This document shows positions 10,155 to 20,536 of a DNA stretch of 64,000 bases, one piece after another; position 1 is the stretch's first letter; each line of letters begins with the position of its first letter. Origin of the DNA: Corallochytrium limacisporum Hawaii (taxonomy: Eukaryota > Protista > Pluriformea). The notes below the pieces were generated by a model. It ran no database searches, was not told where the DNA came from, and saw nothing but the letters and a program-made list of their open reading frames with translations. The stretch is from the NCBI GenBank assembly GCA_002811645.1, contig PDIP01000018.1, forward strand, positions 21,609 to 85,608, written 5' to 3'. The translations under genes and the position numbers were made by a program.

Positions 10155-11899
10155 CTTTCCGTGTCTGTGATGTACGACTAGATTACTGGTCTAGCAAACG
10201 TGGCTGCTCGTCGGTAGTCTCTTGTTCAAGATCTACTTTGAATGATAACTACTTCAGACGATGCTACTGAAATAGCGTATCTGAATAAGGTCCGTCGAAC
10301 AAGGAAGATGGTTCTTGTAAATGAGTTCTACGACCCCATCGTGCGCACTCAGTTTGCATCCTCCCACCGTCGGTTCTCTTGTGACTGGGGGTTGTTAATC
10401 ACAACCGTTTCACCAAAGGACACCAGTACGCGTATACGCAAAAAGATAGGGCGATGGGGATGGACTTTTAGGAGGCGCGGACAATAATGGTGTCATCATA
10501 ACAAGCCCTTGCTCACCACCACTGTAACCACCTTCCGCTCTCCAACCTTCAACAGAGTTTCGTGCACCGGGCGGCCCTTAGTTGTATTGTGCCGGCGGAG
10601 AAAGTGCGGACGGGCGGGAGGGTGCGTGCAAACGGGACTCCAGGGAGGGCTGGTTGCTATAGGTTTCCGCGTAGCTGGAGGGCAGAAGCATTAAAAAAAA
10701 AAGGGGGAAAATGGACGAGGGTAGGAGGGAGAGAGAGACGGTTTAAGGAGGGAGGGTGCTTAGCGGTTTTTTTTTTTGTTTTTTCGTTCCCCCTTCCCTT
10801 CGTTCTACGCCCCTTTAACTTTCGGGCCCGGAGGAGGAGGGAAAGTTTTTTTTTCTTTTTTTTTTGGGTTGGTGGTTGTGTCCGACGCGACCCGAACCAA
10901 CCGGGGAGCGCCGGGGGAAAACCATACCCCCCACCCCCACTCTCTCCCTCTCTTCTCCTTTGTCGGTTCGGGGTGTACCCGCTTCTGAGCTGCGCACACA
11001 GCGTAGCGGGCAGAGCCGACCGGTTTTTCCGCGGTGGCCGGCCCCGTTGGAGGACCTTGCCGGGTATCTCTCCTCTTGGCATAAGCAAGCAACCACATCA
11101 CACATCCACGTACATGCACCTGGGAGCAAAATCATCTCTTTGATTTTCGGTAAGGTAAGCAGTGAGACGATCATCTTTTCTTGCCTTTTCCTGCCGCTCA
11201 GATCCTTGTGTGCTGGTGAGTTCTCCTGGCGAGCAAAGAATACAAATCGCGGCGGGCACCTCCCAACGAAGGATGGAAAAGCAACGCAAGAGACCTTTTG
11301 AGATCGACGGTTGCTATGGCAGAGGTACCACCAACTTACGACTCTGAGAGCATTAGGCTTTTCCCATTTTGCAGCTCCAGCTCCCTAAGCCTGGTACACT
11401 TGCGCAGGTGGGGGCCGGGTGGGGGGGGGGGGAGTTTGTCTCCCCCCTCCCCATCGCCGGAGAGGAAACCTCTCTATAATAATTTTAGGCAAAGGGAAGA
11501 CAAAAATTATTGGAGAGAAAAACCCATGAAAACGATACCGTCATCGTGAAACGTTGGGGACTCGCCCTTTTTGACAAGAGCATAGGGGACGAGGGGGCTT
11601 GAATGGCTTGATTAATTATCTAGTTAGGGTATCATCTTTTCTTGCTTTCTCTCTACTGCTCTTGTCCTTCCTCGTCTTTGGCGGTGTGTATGAGTGTGAA
11701 AGAGCGGGCGAGTAGGGACGATCCCAGTCAATCGCGGGCACCAGGGCCAAGGGGGAGGCGGGAAGGGGTGGCTGTTCAAAGATCTCGGTCAGCGGTCGTC
11801 ACAAAGCGCTCCTGGCGGTGTGGTTTAAAACACCAGCAAGGCTGAGTTTGCGTTGATGGATATTTTTTAATTATTACAACTTCAAGGTTGTGCTGAAGG

Positions 11900-13564
11900 A
11901 TGGCTGCTTTGAGGCTATCCTTTGCTGGACGTTCAATCAGTTCTCTCAGTAGATCGACATTCTCGTCCACTCAAAGTATCAACATACCTGTCCAAGTCAC
12001 ACAATTGTATACAAGCAGAGTGATGGTGCAGAAACGGAGCATTGGATCCGAAGGTGGAGACCGCAAGAGGATCAAGACAGAGGAAGCACATGAGGAGGTC
12101 TCGTCCGGGCTCAATATCCAACGTGATGACTCGGTAAGTTTTGATTCCAGTCGGAGACAGATTGTGGGCGACTGCAAGCTACCCAAGAAGGGAGGAAAGT
12201 GTGTAATATACTGGATGTCTCGCGATCAGCGTGTGCAGGACAATTGGGCCATGCTTTACGCTCGGCAACTTTCCAATGACCTCAAGGTTCCCTTGCGGGT
12301 ATGCTTCTGTCTCGTGCCGTCCTATCTCGGCGCCACCATTCGTCACTACGGTTTTATGCTTAAGGGGCTCGAAGAAGTGGAGCAGGAGTTGAGCACTATG
12401 AACATTCCCTTCACAATGCTTATGGGTCAGGCCAAAGAAAGGTTACCATCCTTTGTTGACGAGGTCAACGCGGCCGCAGTGGTGTGCGACTTCTCTCCTG
12501 TGCGCATTGCCCACCAATGGCGCCTCAAGGCTGCAGAAAAACTGACACAAAAGGAATTACCTCTGTACATGGTTGATGCTCACAATGTGGTTCCTTGCTG
12601 GGTAGCCAGTGACAAGAAGGAATATGGTGCGCGGACAATCCGCAACAAAATCAATACTAAGCTACCCAAATACTTGACTGAATTCCCAACTATGACCGCT
12701 CCCAAGGCGCAGGGAAACTCAGCAATAGAGGGTACTGACTGGAAGAGCGTGTGGAAGTCGATCAAGGTTGATGAAGATGTGAAGGAGGTCGAATGGTGCA
12801 CCCCCGGGACCAAGGCGGGCTTGAAAGCCTTGGAAACTTTCATCCGCAAGCGACTGAAGATCTACGGTGAGCACCGAAACGACCCCTTGCGAAATGCACT
12901 TAGTAACATGTCGCCATACTACCACTTCGGACACGTTAGTGTAGCCCGGGCATGTATCGAGGTCAAGAAAACCAAGAATCCGAACGCCTCGGCTTACTTT
13001 GAGGAATCGATTGTTCGTCGCGAGTTGGCTGACAATTTTTGCTACTACGAACCGAACTACGACAACCTTGACGGCGCCCACGGATGGGCTCGCGAGACCC
13101 TGGAAGCCCATCGGCATGATCCCCGTGAGTACGTTTACACCTATGACGAACTGGCGCAGGGTCAGACGCATGATAAGCTTTGGAACGCGGCACAGTTGCA
13201 AATGTCAAAGCACGGCAAAATGCATGGGTTCTTGCGAATGTACTGGGCAAAGAAGATTCTGGAATGGACCGAGTCCCCGGACCAGGCCCTCCAGTTTGCC
13301 ATTCGTTTAAACGACCGATTCGAGCTCGACGGAAGGGATCCCAACGGATACGTTGGCTGTGCGTGGAGCATTATGGGTACCCATGACCAGGGGTGGGCAG
13401 AGAGGCCTATCTTTGGTAAGATTCGCTACATGAATTATAATGGTTGCAAGCGGAAGTTTGATGTGACTAAGTTTGAGAACGCATTTCCTTCCAAATCATC
13501 GGCGGCGAAGCAGGCTCAAGAGCGTGCCAAGAAAATCTCTTCGTCCAAGAAGAAGCAAAAGTAG
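11900..13564 (+). CDS. phr: Class II CPD DNA photolyase
   Basis: YWMSRDQRVQDNWA, VDAHNVVPCW, RRELADNFC, KMHGFLRMYWAKKILEWT, LDGRDPNGYVG, WAERPIFGKIRYMN. Confidence 0.96.
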   Translation: MAALRLSFAGRSISSLSRSTFSSTQSINIPVQVTQLYTSRVMVQKRSIGSEGGDRKRIKTEEAHEEVSSGLNIQRDDSVSFDSSRRQIVGDCKLPKKGGKCVIYWMSRDQRVQDNWAMLYARQLSNDLKVPLRVCFCLVPSYLGATIRHYGFMLKGLEEVEQELSTMNIPFTMLMGQAKERLPSFVDEVNAAAVVCDFSPVRIAHQWRLKAAEKLTQKELPLYMVDAHNVVPCWVASDKKEYGARTIRNKINTKLPKYLTEFPTMTAPKAQGNSAIEGTDWKSVWKSIKVDEDVKEVEWCTPGTKAGLKALETFIRKRLKIYGEHRNDPLRNALSNMSPYYHFGHVSVARACIEVKKTKNPNASAYFEESIVRRELADNFCYYEPNYDNLDGAHGWARETLEAHRHDPREYVYTYDELAQGQTHDKLWNAAQLQMSKHGKMHGFLRMYWAKKILEWTESPDQALQFAIRLNDRFELDGRDPNGYVGCAWSIMGTHDQGWAERPIFGKIRYMNYNGCKRKFDVTKFENAFPSKSSAAKQAQERAKKISSSKKKQK

Positions 13565-13702
13565 AGCTCGAAAATTTAAAAAAGAACAGTTGCAATCAAT
13601 CAAGCATTGGTCAGCCCTAGATACCACCACGTGAAAACAAGTCCCGTTAAGTTGTGTAAGATTTGCTTTGTTCTTTAAGTCCACGCTCCTTGTTGAGCTT
13701 GT

Positions 13703-15955
13703 TCAGTTTCGATTCTCGTCCCAGTCAGTTTCTTCCATCGGGGGGTTGTCTTCCCCTGTCATTGACCTCAACTCGTCCTCTTCCGCTAACACGACATCCT
13801 CTTCGCTGACAAAGTCCGGGTGAATGCGCCTTATTTCCGTCCTTCGGCCTTGGATATCGAAACTGAATCCACGTACTTTGCCATCGAGACTGCCTGAGAA
13901 AATTCTCAAAGCATCGCTTCGCAACGTCCACACGCGGCCATGATGGAATGGGATCTTTAGCAGAGGATTTCCTTGCAAGCGATCATAGACATGAATAGAT
14001 GCATCGACATGGGCCATGATCACTACATCCAAGTCCAACTGCACTGCCGTGATGGCAAATGGGTTTAGAAAGTCCACAAGAATTTGTTCGGTACACGGGT
14101 CAATCAACTTGGCTCGTCCCTGCTGACCAGCGACCAGAATTGTATATGACGAAAGGAGCGGTCGAGTGCGCCCGTCTCGGAGTTTCGAAAACGTAGTGCG
14201 ATCCACATACGCGCCCTGGTTCTTGTCGTCGTCCTCCTTCCACAGGTTTGTAATTTCCTGTTCTAGGTGATCCTCATCTACCAGAGTTCGGGGACCAACT
14301 CGACATTCGACTGCCATCGCCGTCGGAATGACTGGTGACATCAATCGGGGAGAGAATACACGGACAGTCCTCAAATGCTCACAGTCGTACATTTTTGCAC
14401 TGGCGCCCATGCCATCCTCTATGCGATCAAAGATATCTTCACAAACGATTGCGTAAGGAGCGATGACAGTCAAAGCCGAGAACGTACAATCGAAGATACG
14501 CTCTTCACTGCGAAGACAGTTGGAGGCCAGTGATTTCAGCTCGTTGAGGTGGTAGTCCCACAGCGAGCGCTGCTCCTTTTTACTGACATTTGACTCTCTG
14601 TAGCAGCGTTCCACAGCCCGGAGGATGGCTTTCTTGATGGCAGAGATTGAGTAGACACACAGATATCCACCCTGCGACCTTTTGAGCCCGACAACGAGGT
14701 AGTCACCATCTACGTCAAGGAGTCCTCGGGTCTGTACGAGACCGCCAGTGGAGAGTGTAATTCCGTCAGATACTTGCGCCATTGTGTCACAAGGCCATAA
14801 TTTTAAAGTGCCGCTATTGTCTAGTGTGGCCACCAGGCCATCCGTACCACATGCAACTACTCCACAGACAGAGTTCGGTGTCGCGTCCGGAATGTGGTGA
14901 CGCCGCACGACGGGAAATGGAGAGAGTTCCGCACCATTCTCAGCAGACGATACACCATTCTTTTGAGTCACATGCCAGTTAGTGCTATCCAATGTCATCG
15001 AGTACAGAGATCCGTCGCCGCTTCCTGCAACTACCGAAAAGCGATTGAGGGAGTCGTGCACGTGTGGTCGCCCATCATCACTCAGGCTTGGCTCCCAGCG
15101 GCCCAAACCTGGCCATTCTGGTAAGCCACGTGATGTTGACGGTACAAAAGCGGCCGAAGATGCATTCGAGTGGTACGCAGCCACGTCAAGCACCCAGATT
15201 GGTTGCGTCTGCAGTGTCGGAACTGTTAGTGTTCGGCTCTTATAGTGGTCTAATGGAATGTCAAAACCACTCATTGCGACTGAACAGCAATTCATTTGAA
15301 AACTTGAAGCACAACTGAAAACAAAAGGCCCATGGGTTACAAGACATCGGACAAAATCCGGATAGTTATGGCACTTGGATGTTTCCTGCAACATGCGGCC
15401 CCTTCGACGATTCAATTTAGCTGTGAACAGGCGCTGGTACCGATGTTTCCATAGCCTGCTCTCCTTCGTGTTAGCCAGGTCTGCTTTCGAATACAGAACT
15501 GCCCACGTAGAGTCTTCATCTGGCGGCGCATCCACTATGCTGTATGCAATCGCAAATGAGTCAATCTCAGATGGCGTCTGGCCCATTGGTGAGGCAGCCA
15601 GCTTTTGGCGGGTCCAGATCTTTCGGTCAAAGTGGAACACTGTCATTTTGTACCAAACCTCAGATTCATGTATCACCCGATGCCACCGCTTACATACTCT
15701 TTCAACCTCGCACAGCTCACGGGCGGTTGATACAAAAGAAAAGATATGCGCCAACGCTTCGTCGGGCAATTCCATTGCCAGTCTCGGGTCTGGACTCAAG
15801 TATGTCTCTGGGACGTCCTCGTCATTGACGCCTTCGTACCGGTGTTTGTCGAGTTCATTAGTCTGATAAAGCAAATAATACTCTACCCCATAATAAGAAC
15901 GCTCTGGACTATCCGAACAGCTCATGGGCCCGATTCCTGGCGGTGGTTTCAGCAT
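13703..15955 (-). CDS. F-box protein with divergent WD40 repeats
   Basis: F-box LPDEALAHIFSFV..RELCEVERVCKRW; C-terminal WD-like HHGRVWTL..IFSGSLDGKVRGF. The ORF opens at GTG 16003; first ATG is 15955. Confidence 0.8.
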   Translation of the reverse strand: MLKPPPGIGPMSCSDSPERSYYGVEYYLLYQTNELDKHRYEGVNDEDVPETYLSPDPRLAMELPDEALAHIFSFVSTARELCEVERVCKRWHRVIHESEVWYKMTVFHFDRKIWTRQKLAASPMGQTPSEIDSFAIAYSIVDAPPDEDSTWAVLYSKADLANTKESRLWKHRYQRLFTAKLNRRRGRMLQETSKCHNYPDFVRCLVTHGPFVFSCASSFQMNCCSVAMSGFDIPLDHYKSRTLTVPTLQTQPIWVLDVAAYHSNASSAAFVPSTSRGLPEWPGLGRWEPSLSDDGRPHVHDSLNRFSVVAGSGDGSLYSMTLDSTNWHVTQKNGVSSAENGAELSPFPVVRRHHIPDATPNSVCGVVACGTDGLVATLDNSGTLKLWPCDTMAQVSDGITLSTGGLVQTRGLLDVDGDYLVVGLKRSQGGYLCVYSISAIKKAILRAVERCYRESNVSKKEQRSLWDYHLNELKSLASNCLRSEERIFDCTFSALTVIAPYAIVCEDIFDRIEDGMGASAKMYDCEHLRTVRVFSPRLMSPVIPTAMAVECRVGPRTLVDEDHLEQEITNLWKEDDDKNQGAYVDRTTFSKLRDGRTRPLLSSYTILVAGQQGRAKLIDPCTEQILVDFLNPFAITAVQLDLDVVIMAHVDASIHVYDRLQGNPLLKIPFHHGRVWTLRSDALRIFSGSLDGKVRGFSFDIQGRRTEIRRIHPDFVSEEDVVLAEEDELRSMTGEDNPPMEETDWDENRN

Positions 15956-16801
15956 TGTACCTTCCCAGGATCGCCCGGTGTGATCCGCCGACGCGTCAGC
16001 CACTCTTTGTAATACCTATTGTCTAGATGCTGTTTTATGTACCTACGTCATCTTTGCAGTCAAATTATTGCTCATCACATCTACGTTATCATCGGAAACT
16101 GTATGAATAGAACCAAGAGGGCCGTCTCCCTCACTGTGGATGTTCGCTTATCTTCATGTGTCCAGATCTGAATCCAAGCACGACTGTTGAGAAGCTTGGC
16201 TGTCACCTCAAATAGCCACATGAGGCACAACATGCAAAAGAATGTTCTTCACCTACATAAGCAATGTTGGCAAGAAGGTCAGATGGTCGGTTTTACCAAT
16301 TCTAAAATGCCCCGGAACTTCGTGTGACGTTGTCACCGGTCTCTATGCAGGACAGTGAGAGCGATCGGCGGCCCGGTGCACAACCCGGCCCCCACCTTCG
16401 GACCCGAAAGGCCCCGGGAGGGCCGGCAAACCCTCCTCCCGCAAACCCACTCTCCCACCTCTCGGGCTGCCGAAGGGGGGGGGGGGCCGGGTGGGGGGGA
16501 TGCCCTTGCCTAGGCCCTCCACGTCCGAACACTCTACCCTGACCTCCACAATGTCTCCCGTGCGTGACCCCGGTGCACTCCCGTCCGCCCGGGAGGGTTT
16601 GAGGCGGCGAGTAACATGATGGTTGCAATTCCAATTTAGGGACAGTTAAACAAAGTGAGAATCTACAAATCAGGTACATCGAACGCAATTTGTGACGTTG
16701 GAAAGAGTGAAGTTGCCCCTTCAGAGCCATGCGCTTCCGCTCACGAATATAATGAAGGCAGGGGAAGAAGGAAGCGGCTGTCATGTCGTGATGGCACGGA
16801 T

Positions 16802-18265
16802 ATGAGTATGAGTAGTGCAAACCGAAGCTTTGCGAATAGAATTGCAGATGCTGTACACATCGCCTATGATGGCTTGCCATTGAGAGGTAAACCGCAGAGG
16901 CAAGAGTGGACTATACTCGCGGGGATCGTACTAGTACCTCCCTCCGATGACGAGCAGCCACGCGTCCTCTGCCTTGCAACGGGGACAAAGTGCCTGCCTC
17001 TGCGAACACTGGCTGACGATACCGGCTTCTGTCTCCGAGACTGTCACGCAGAGGTTCTGTGTCGGCGAATGCTGGTGCATGCCGTGGTCGAGGACCCGGT
17101 TACATGGAGTGACCCCAGCCTACGATTGGTAATGTACGTCAGCCAGGCGCCATGTGGCGATGCCACTATCTTTGAGCGACTGATCGCAGCCAGTGAACAG
17201 GATGGAGAAGAGGCAATGGCAAATGCTTGTGATGGCAGGGCTAGTGACCTCAAGCGTCCTGCACCCCATCAAGGTTCTGCTCCTGCTGCACCCATGAGTA
17301 ATCGCGACGCGGGAACTCTCAAGCGGCAGAAGCTCGAGGAATCTGCAATGCGCGCTCAGGAAGTTCTGCGGGAAAAGGACCAGAATAATGGGAGTTGTAC
17401 CGAAAATTCTGGAGCAGGGCCAAAACTCAAGGTTGATGTACAACGAACAGGCGCCAGGGTTGTAGGTAGTAATGGAGGTGCTGGATTCCCAGTCGCCTCG
17501 AACATCGGTGAGAGTGATCAGACACAGAACACAGACCTTACTCCCGGCCGGTGGCGAACGAAGCCTGGACGTGGTCCACCAACGGCTTCAATGTCGTGCA
17601 GCGACAAATTAGCACGGTGGCAAGCGCTTGGCTGGGAAGGCGCATGGGGAGCTATGGCCCTGTCTTCATCAATCCCTGACCGTGCCAACAATCCTCCGTC
17701 CATCCGCTTGTACGCGCTGGTCATCGGCGAAGACTTTGCTGCTGACGCCTTAGAGCGGGCTCTGCACCACCGCAGCGGGCTGGCAAAAGATCGCACCGAC
17801 CCACGGAGACTACGCTTTCTGTCCACGGATCTGCGCTTCCGCCATGGACGGCAGCGGCAACTCCGTGAGTTTCCGGGAGTAAAGCTCACGCCGGCTCCAG
17901 CTAGTATTCTTGTGAGCTGGTTCGATACCATGGGCTTGGGCAAAATCTCCAATGCTGGCCTGAATGAGGTTATTGTCAAAGGTCGGAAGCAAGGCGCATC
18001 TGCGAAGCCGAAAATGCGTGAAACATGGTCGAGCACACTGTGCACCGTGAAGGTTGCCCGGCGGTGCTCTCGAAGGGCGGCACTGAAGATGAACAACGAC
18101 GATTCCCCGGTGCTAAATGTGACCGAATTTAAGGTTAAGCATGCGGCAGACTACGTCAAACGTAAGCACATCTGGCAACAAGCACGTCCTTGGCAGGGTC
18201 AGCCAGAAGCGTTCTGGCGACGCTGTCTTGTCGAACAACCACCGCAGCAAAAGAAAACACCATAA
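16802..18265 (+). CDS. ADAT1: tRNA-specific adenosine deaminase 1 (ADAT1/Tad1)
   Basis: LATGTKCL, DCHAEVLCRR, YVSQAPCGDA, RTKPGRG, SMSCSDKLARW; no dsRNA-binding domain, which argues against ADAR. First ATG is 16802. Confidence 0.88.
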   Translation: MSMSSANRSFANRIADAVHIAYDGLPLRGKPQRQEWTILAGIVLVPPSDDEQPRVLCLATGTKCLPLRTLADDTGFCLRDCHAEVLCRRMLVHAVVEDPVTWSDPSLRLVMYVSQAPCGDATIFERLIAASEQDGEEAMANACDGRASDLKRPAPHQGSAPAAPMSNRDAGTLKRQKLEESAMRAQEVLREKDQNNGSCTENSGAGPKLKVDVQRTGARVVGSNGGAGFPVASNIGESDQTQNTDLTPGRWRTKPGRGPPTASMSCSDKLARWQALGWEGAWGAMALSSSIPDRANNPPSIRLYALVIGEDFAADALERALHHRSGLAKDRTDPRRLRFLSTDLRFRHGRQRQLREFPGVKLTPAPASILVSWFDTMGLGKISNAGLNEVIVKGRKQGASAKPKMRETWSSTLCTVKVARRCSRRAALKMNNDDSPVLNVTEFKVKHAADYVKRKHIWQQARPWQGQPEAFWRRCLVEQPPQQKKTP

Positions 18266-18346
18266 TTGACGACAGAGCACGCACTCAAGGTTAAAGAATC
18301 TTACACGTTAAAAATTGTCTACTACAAGTTTTACCATTCAAACCTT

Positions 18347-20536
18347 TCACTTTAGCCTCATGTTCTTGAGCATGCGTTTTAGGCTCCACCGCTCTCGCAT
18401 CCATTCCATGAAAGTCGGCTGCCAGGCGCTACTCTCGTTCTCCGAACGCTGCTGCGCATACGTCGCAAAGACAATGATGTACCAGTATCGTTCCAAGTAA
18501 CGCAGGCCTTTGGCAACCAACTCAAAGTCGTGGTCTTTATAGCTCATGATGCAATCTCTGATGCAGGTCCGCAGATTCTGTAGGGTTTCACAGTCATCAA
18601 TCGCTTCATCAACCGCCAGTTTGCCCCTTGCCGCACCGGGCAGACCCTGAATCAATTCCACAATGACGGCGTAGTAGCCCTTAGCATAAAGATCGGCTTG
18701 ACTCAAACCAGCCAGGAGCTGTGCCACCTCCTCAGCACCCTGACTGCCCAAGCTATCCCTGCGTCGAATCTTCATCCGGTTGCGCACCTCAGCATCTGCC
18801 TGAGATAGATCTTCCATACGAGCCATCTTCTTCGCTGGCTCGGATTCCTCCGTCTCCTTATCCTCGTCCTCATCCCTTGAATGCTTGTGGCCTGAAATGG
18901 TCGTGGCTGAACCTGTTTGCGGTGCTCCGAGCAAAATCTGTGCATTGATAGCACTCCTACGCAGACCGCGGCGGCGTAGAAAGCCGGTTATGCCTCGAAC
19001 CAAGGGATAGACCGATTTCAGAGTTGGCTGTTCCTGGGGTAATTGGCGTTGCTCATCAGTTTCCAAACTTTTGGCCTCACCGGCAGCCGGCTTCGCTATG
19101 CCTGCGGCCTCTGATTGTGTGGTGGCTTCCGATGCCTCCGAAGATAAGGCACCCATTCCAGACTGTCCAACAGACACTGTGTTGCCCACGGAAGAGTCAT
19201 CGCTTTGATCAGGCCTGCCGCCTTGACGCTGCCTGTGCGTGTGACCGTAGAGCTTGACACGACCCTCCCCTGCTGCTTTGCTATTCTGGGTTGATGATTC
19301 AATGCCAACTCTCGCATTTGACACCGTCTTCTCGGCACTCCCCCTTGGTGTCGTGTCCATCCGTTCCACGTGATGACCCAAGCTCCGCAGACGTTCCCGT
19401 TCCACCGCAGCGTGATCCGACTCCGGCGCAATGACACCGGCCATGAGCTCGTACAGCAACGAGGCAAGAACCATCGCGGTGGTTGTCCTGCCGCGACCCA
19501 TTTGGCAATTGAAGACGAACCCAACGCCGTTGACGGCTGTGCAATTGCTGTTGCCATAGCTTTGGCGGCGCTTGTCATCCACATGGGCGGACTCGGATTC
19601 GCTAGGCCCCAGTCTTACTAATTCTGGGTCCTCATCCTGTTGGTCGTTAACGCTTGCCTGGTGGAGACTGTGTCGTGATGGCGAATCTCGCGTCGACAGC
19701 GGTTTCAAGAAGTCGGCCATGAGATTGTATATCTCTTGGAAATCCTTCTCCTCCGGAGCCGATTCGTCCTGAATTGGAATTCGGACATATGTGACGCTGT
19801 TGCTGCTGCGGCGGGCAATATCTCGGTAAATATCCCGCACTGTCCGTACCGCGTCCTTTGAGGCGATTGGGACCATTTTCATCACATTTTCCATCTTCAG
19901 GTTCTGGACCACCGTCGGAAACATGTTGTTCGGATCCTCTGCTGCTGCATCGACGATATCATACTTTAAGCGCCTTTCCATTTTCTCCAACTCTCGTCCC
20001 TCTATGCCCAGCAGGTACTCTACGTTTGTGTTCAACTCGGCCGGCTCCCGCGGACTGTGGGGAAGGCCATTGATGTATACAACTGGTTCCTCCCGCAAGT
20101 TTACCCAGACGACCTTGTTCAGGTGAAGATTCTCACGCAGGTGCTGCACGACCCATGCAACGCCATCCGCACTACACTGATTCACGCCGAAAATGGGAAG
20201 TCGAGGGTGCTGGCGAAAGTTGAAGACACCGGGATGAAGGGGTTCGCTCTTGAGTTTGTGGATCCCTGCCCAATGATCACACTTCATCACCGTGTCTGCC
20301 AGAACGGACTCAGGATATTCGTCTTGCTCTTCCTTCCAAGCTGGGATATTGAAGGAGCCTTCTGGGCTGCTCCTTTGAACCGTCACTGAAGACTTCAGAG
20401 TGCGCACTTCATCGTGCAATTCGTCCATTCGATTGTGCAGTCGGTGAACATGGGTATGGAGATCGCCCAGATGGGTCTTGAGGGCCCCTGACAAGGCTTC
20501 CTGCACGAGTGCAAGCTCCTCTTGTTTGAGTCCCAT
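18347..20536 (-). CDS. Paladin-like / PTP-like phytase-family phosphatase with one catalytic module
   Basis: NFRQ..PIFGVNQ, WVNLREEPVVYING, YVRIPIQDESAP, CX5R loop FNCQMGRGRTT, C-terminal YLERYWYIIVFATY. Confidence 0.88.
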   Translation of the reverse strand: MGLKQEELALVQEALSGALKTHLGDLHTHVHRLHNRMDELHDEVRTLKSSVTVQRSSPEGSFNIPAWKEEQDEYPESVLADTVMKCDHWAGIHKLKSEPLHPGVFNFRQHPRLPIFGVNQCSADGVAWVVQHLRENLHLNKVVWVNLREEPVVYINGLPHSPREPAELNTNVEYLLGIEGRELEKMERRLKYDIVDAAAEDPNNMFPTVVQNLKMENVMKMVPIASKDAVRTVRDIYRDIARRSSNSVTYVRIPIQDESAPEEKDFQEIYNLMADFLKPLSTRDSPSRHSLHQASVNDQQDEDPELVRLGPSESESAHVDDKRRQSYGNSNCTAVNGVGFVFNCQMGRGRTTTAMVLASLLYELMAGVIAPESDHAAVERERLRSLGHHVERMDTTPRGSAEKTVSNARVGIESSTQNSKAAGEGRVKLYGHTHRQRQGGRPDQSDDSSVGNTVSVGQSGMGALSSEASEATTQSEAAGIAKPAAGEAKSLETDEQRQLPQEQPTLKSVYPLVRGITGFLRRRGLRRSAINAQILLGAPQTGSATTISGHKHSRDEDEDKETEESEPAKKMARMEDLSQADAEVRNRMKIRRRDSLGSQGAEEVAQLLAGLSQADLYAKGYYAVIVELIQGLPGAARGKLAVDEAIDDCETLQNLRTCIRDCIMSYKDHDFELVAKGLRYLERYWYIIVFATYAQQRSENESSAWQPTFMEWMRERWSLKRMLKNMRLK

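Noticed and set aside
11150-11165. GTAAG donor-like site suggesting a 5'UTR intron (also GTACGT near 23708)
   Set aside because: No convincing branch point and acceptor pairing can be supported without transcript data.
10562-11301. Stack of overlapping 100-190 aa ORFs
   Set aside because: Low-complexity GC/homopolymer promoter DNA lacking stop codons; translations are biased and motif-free.
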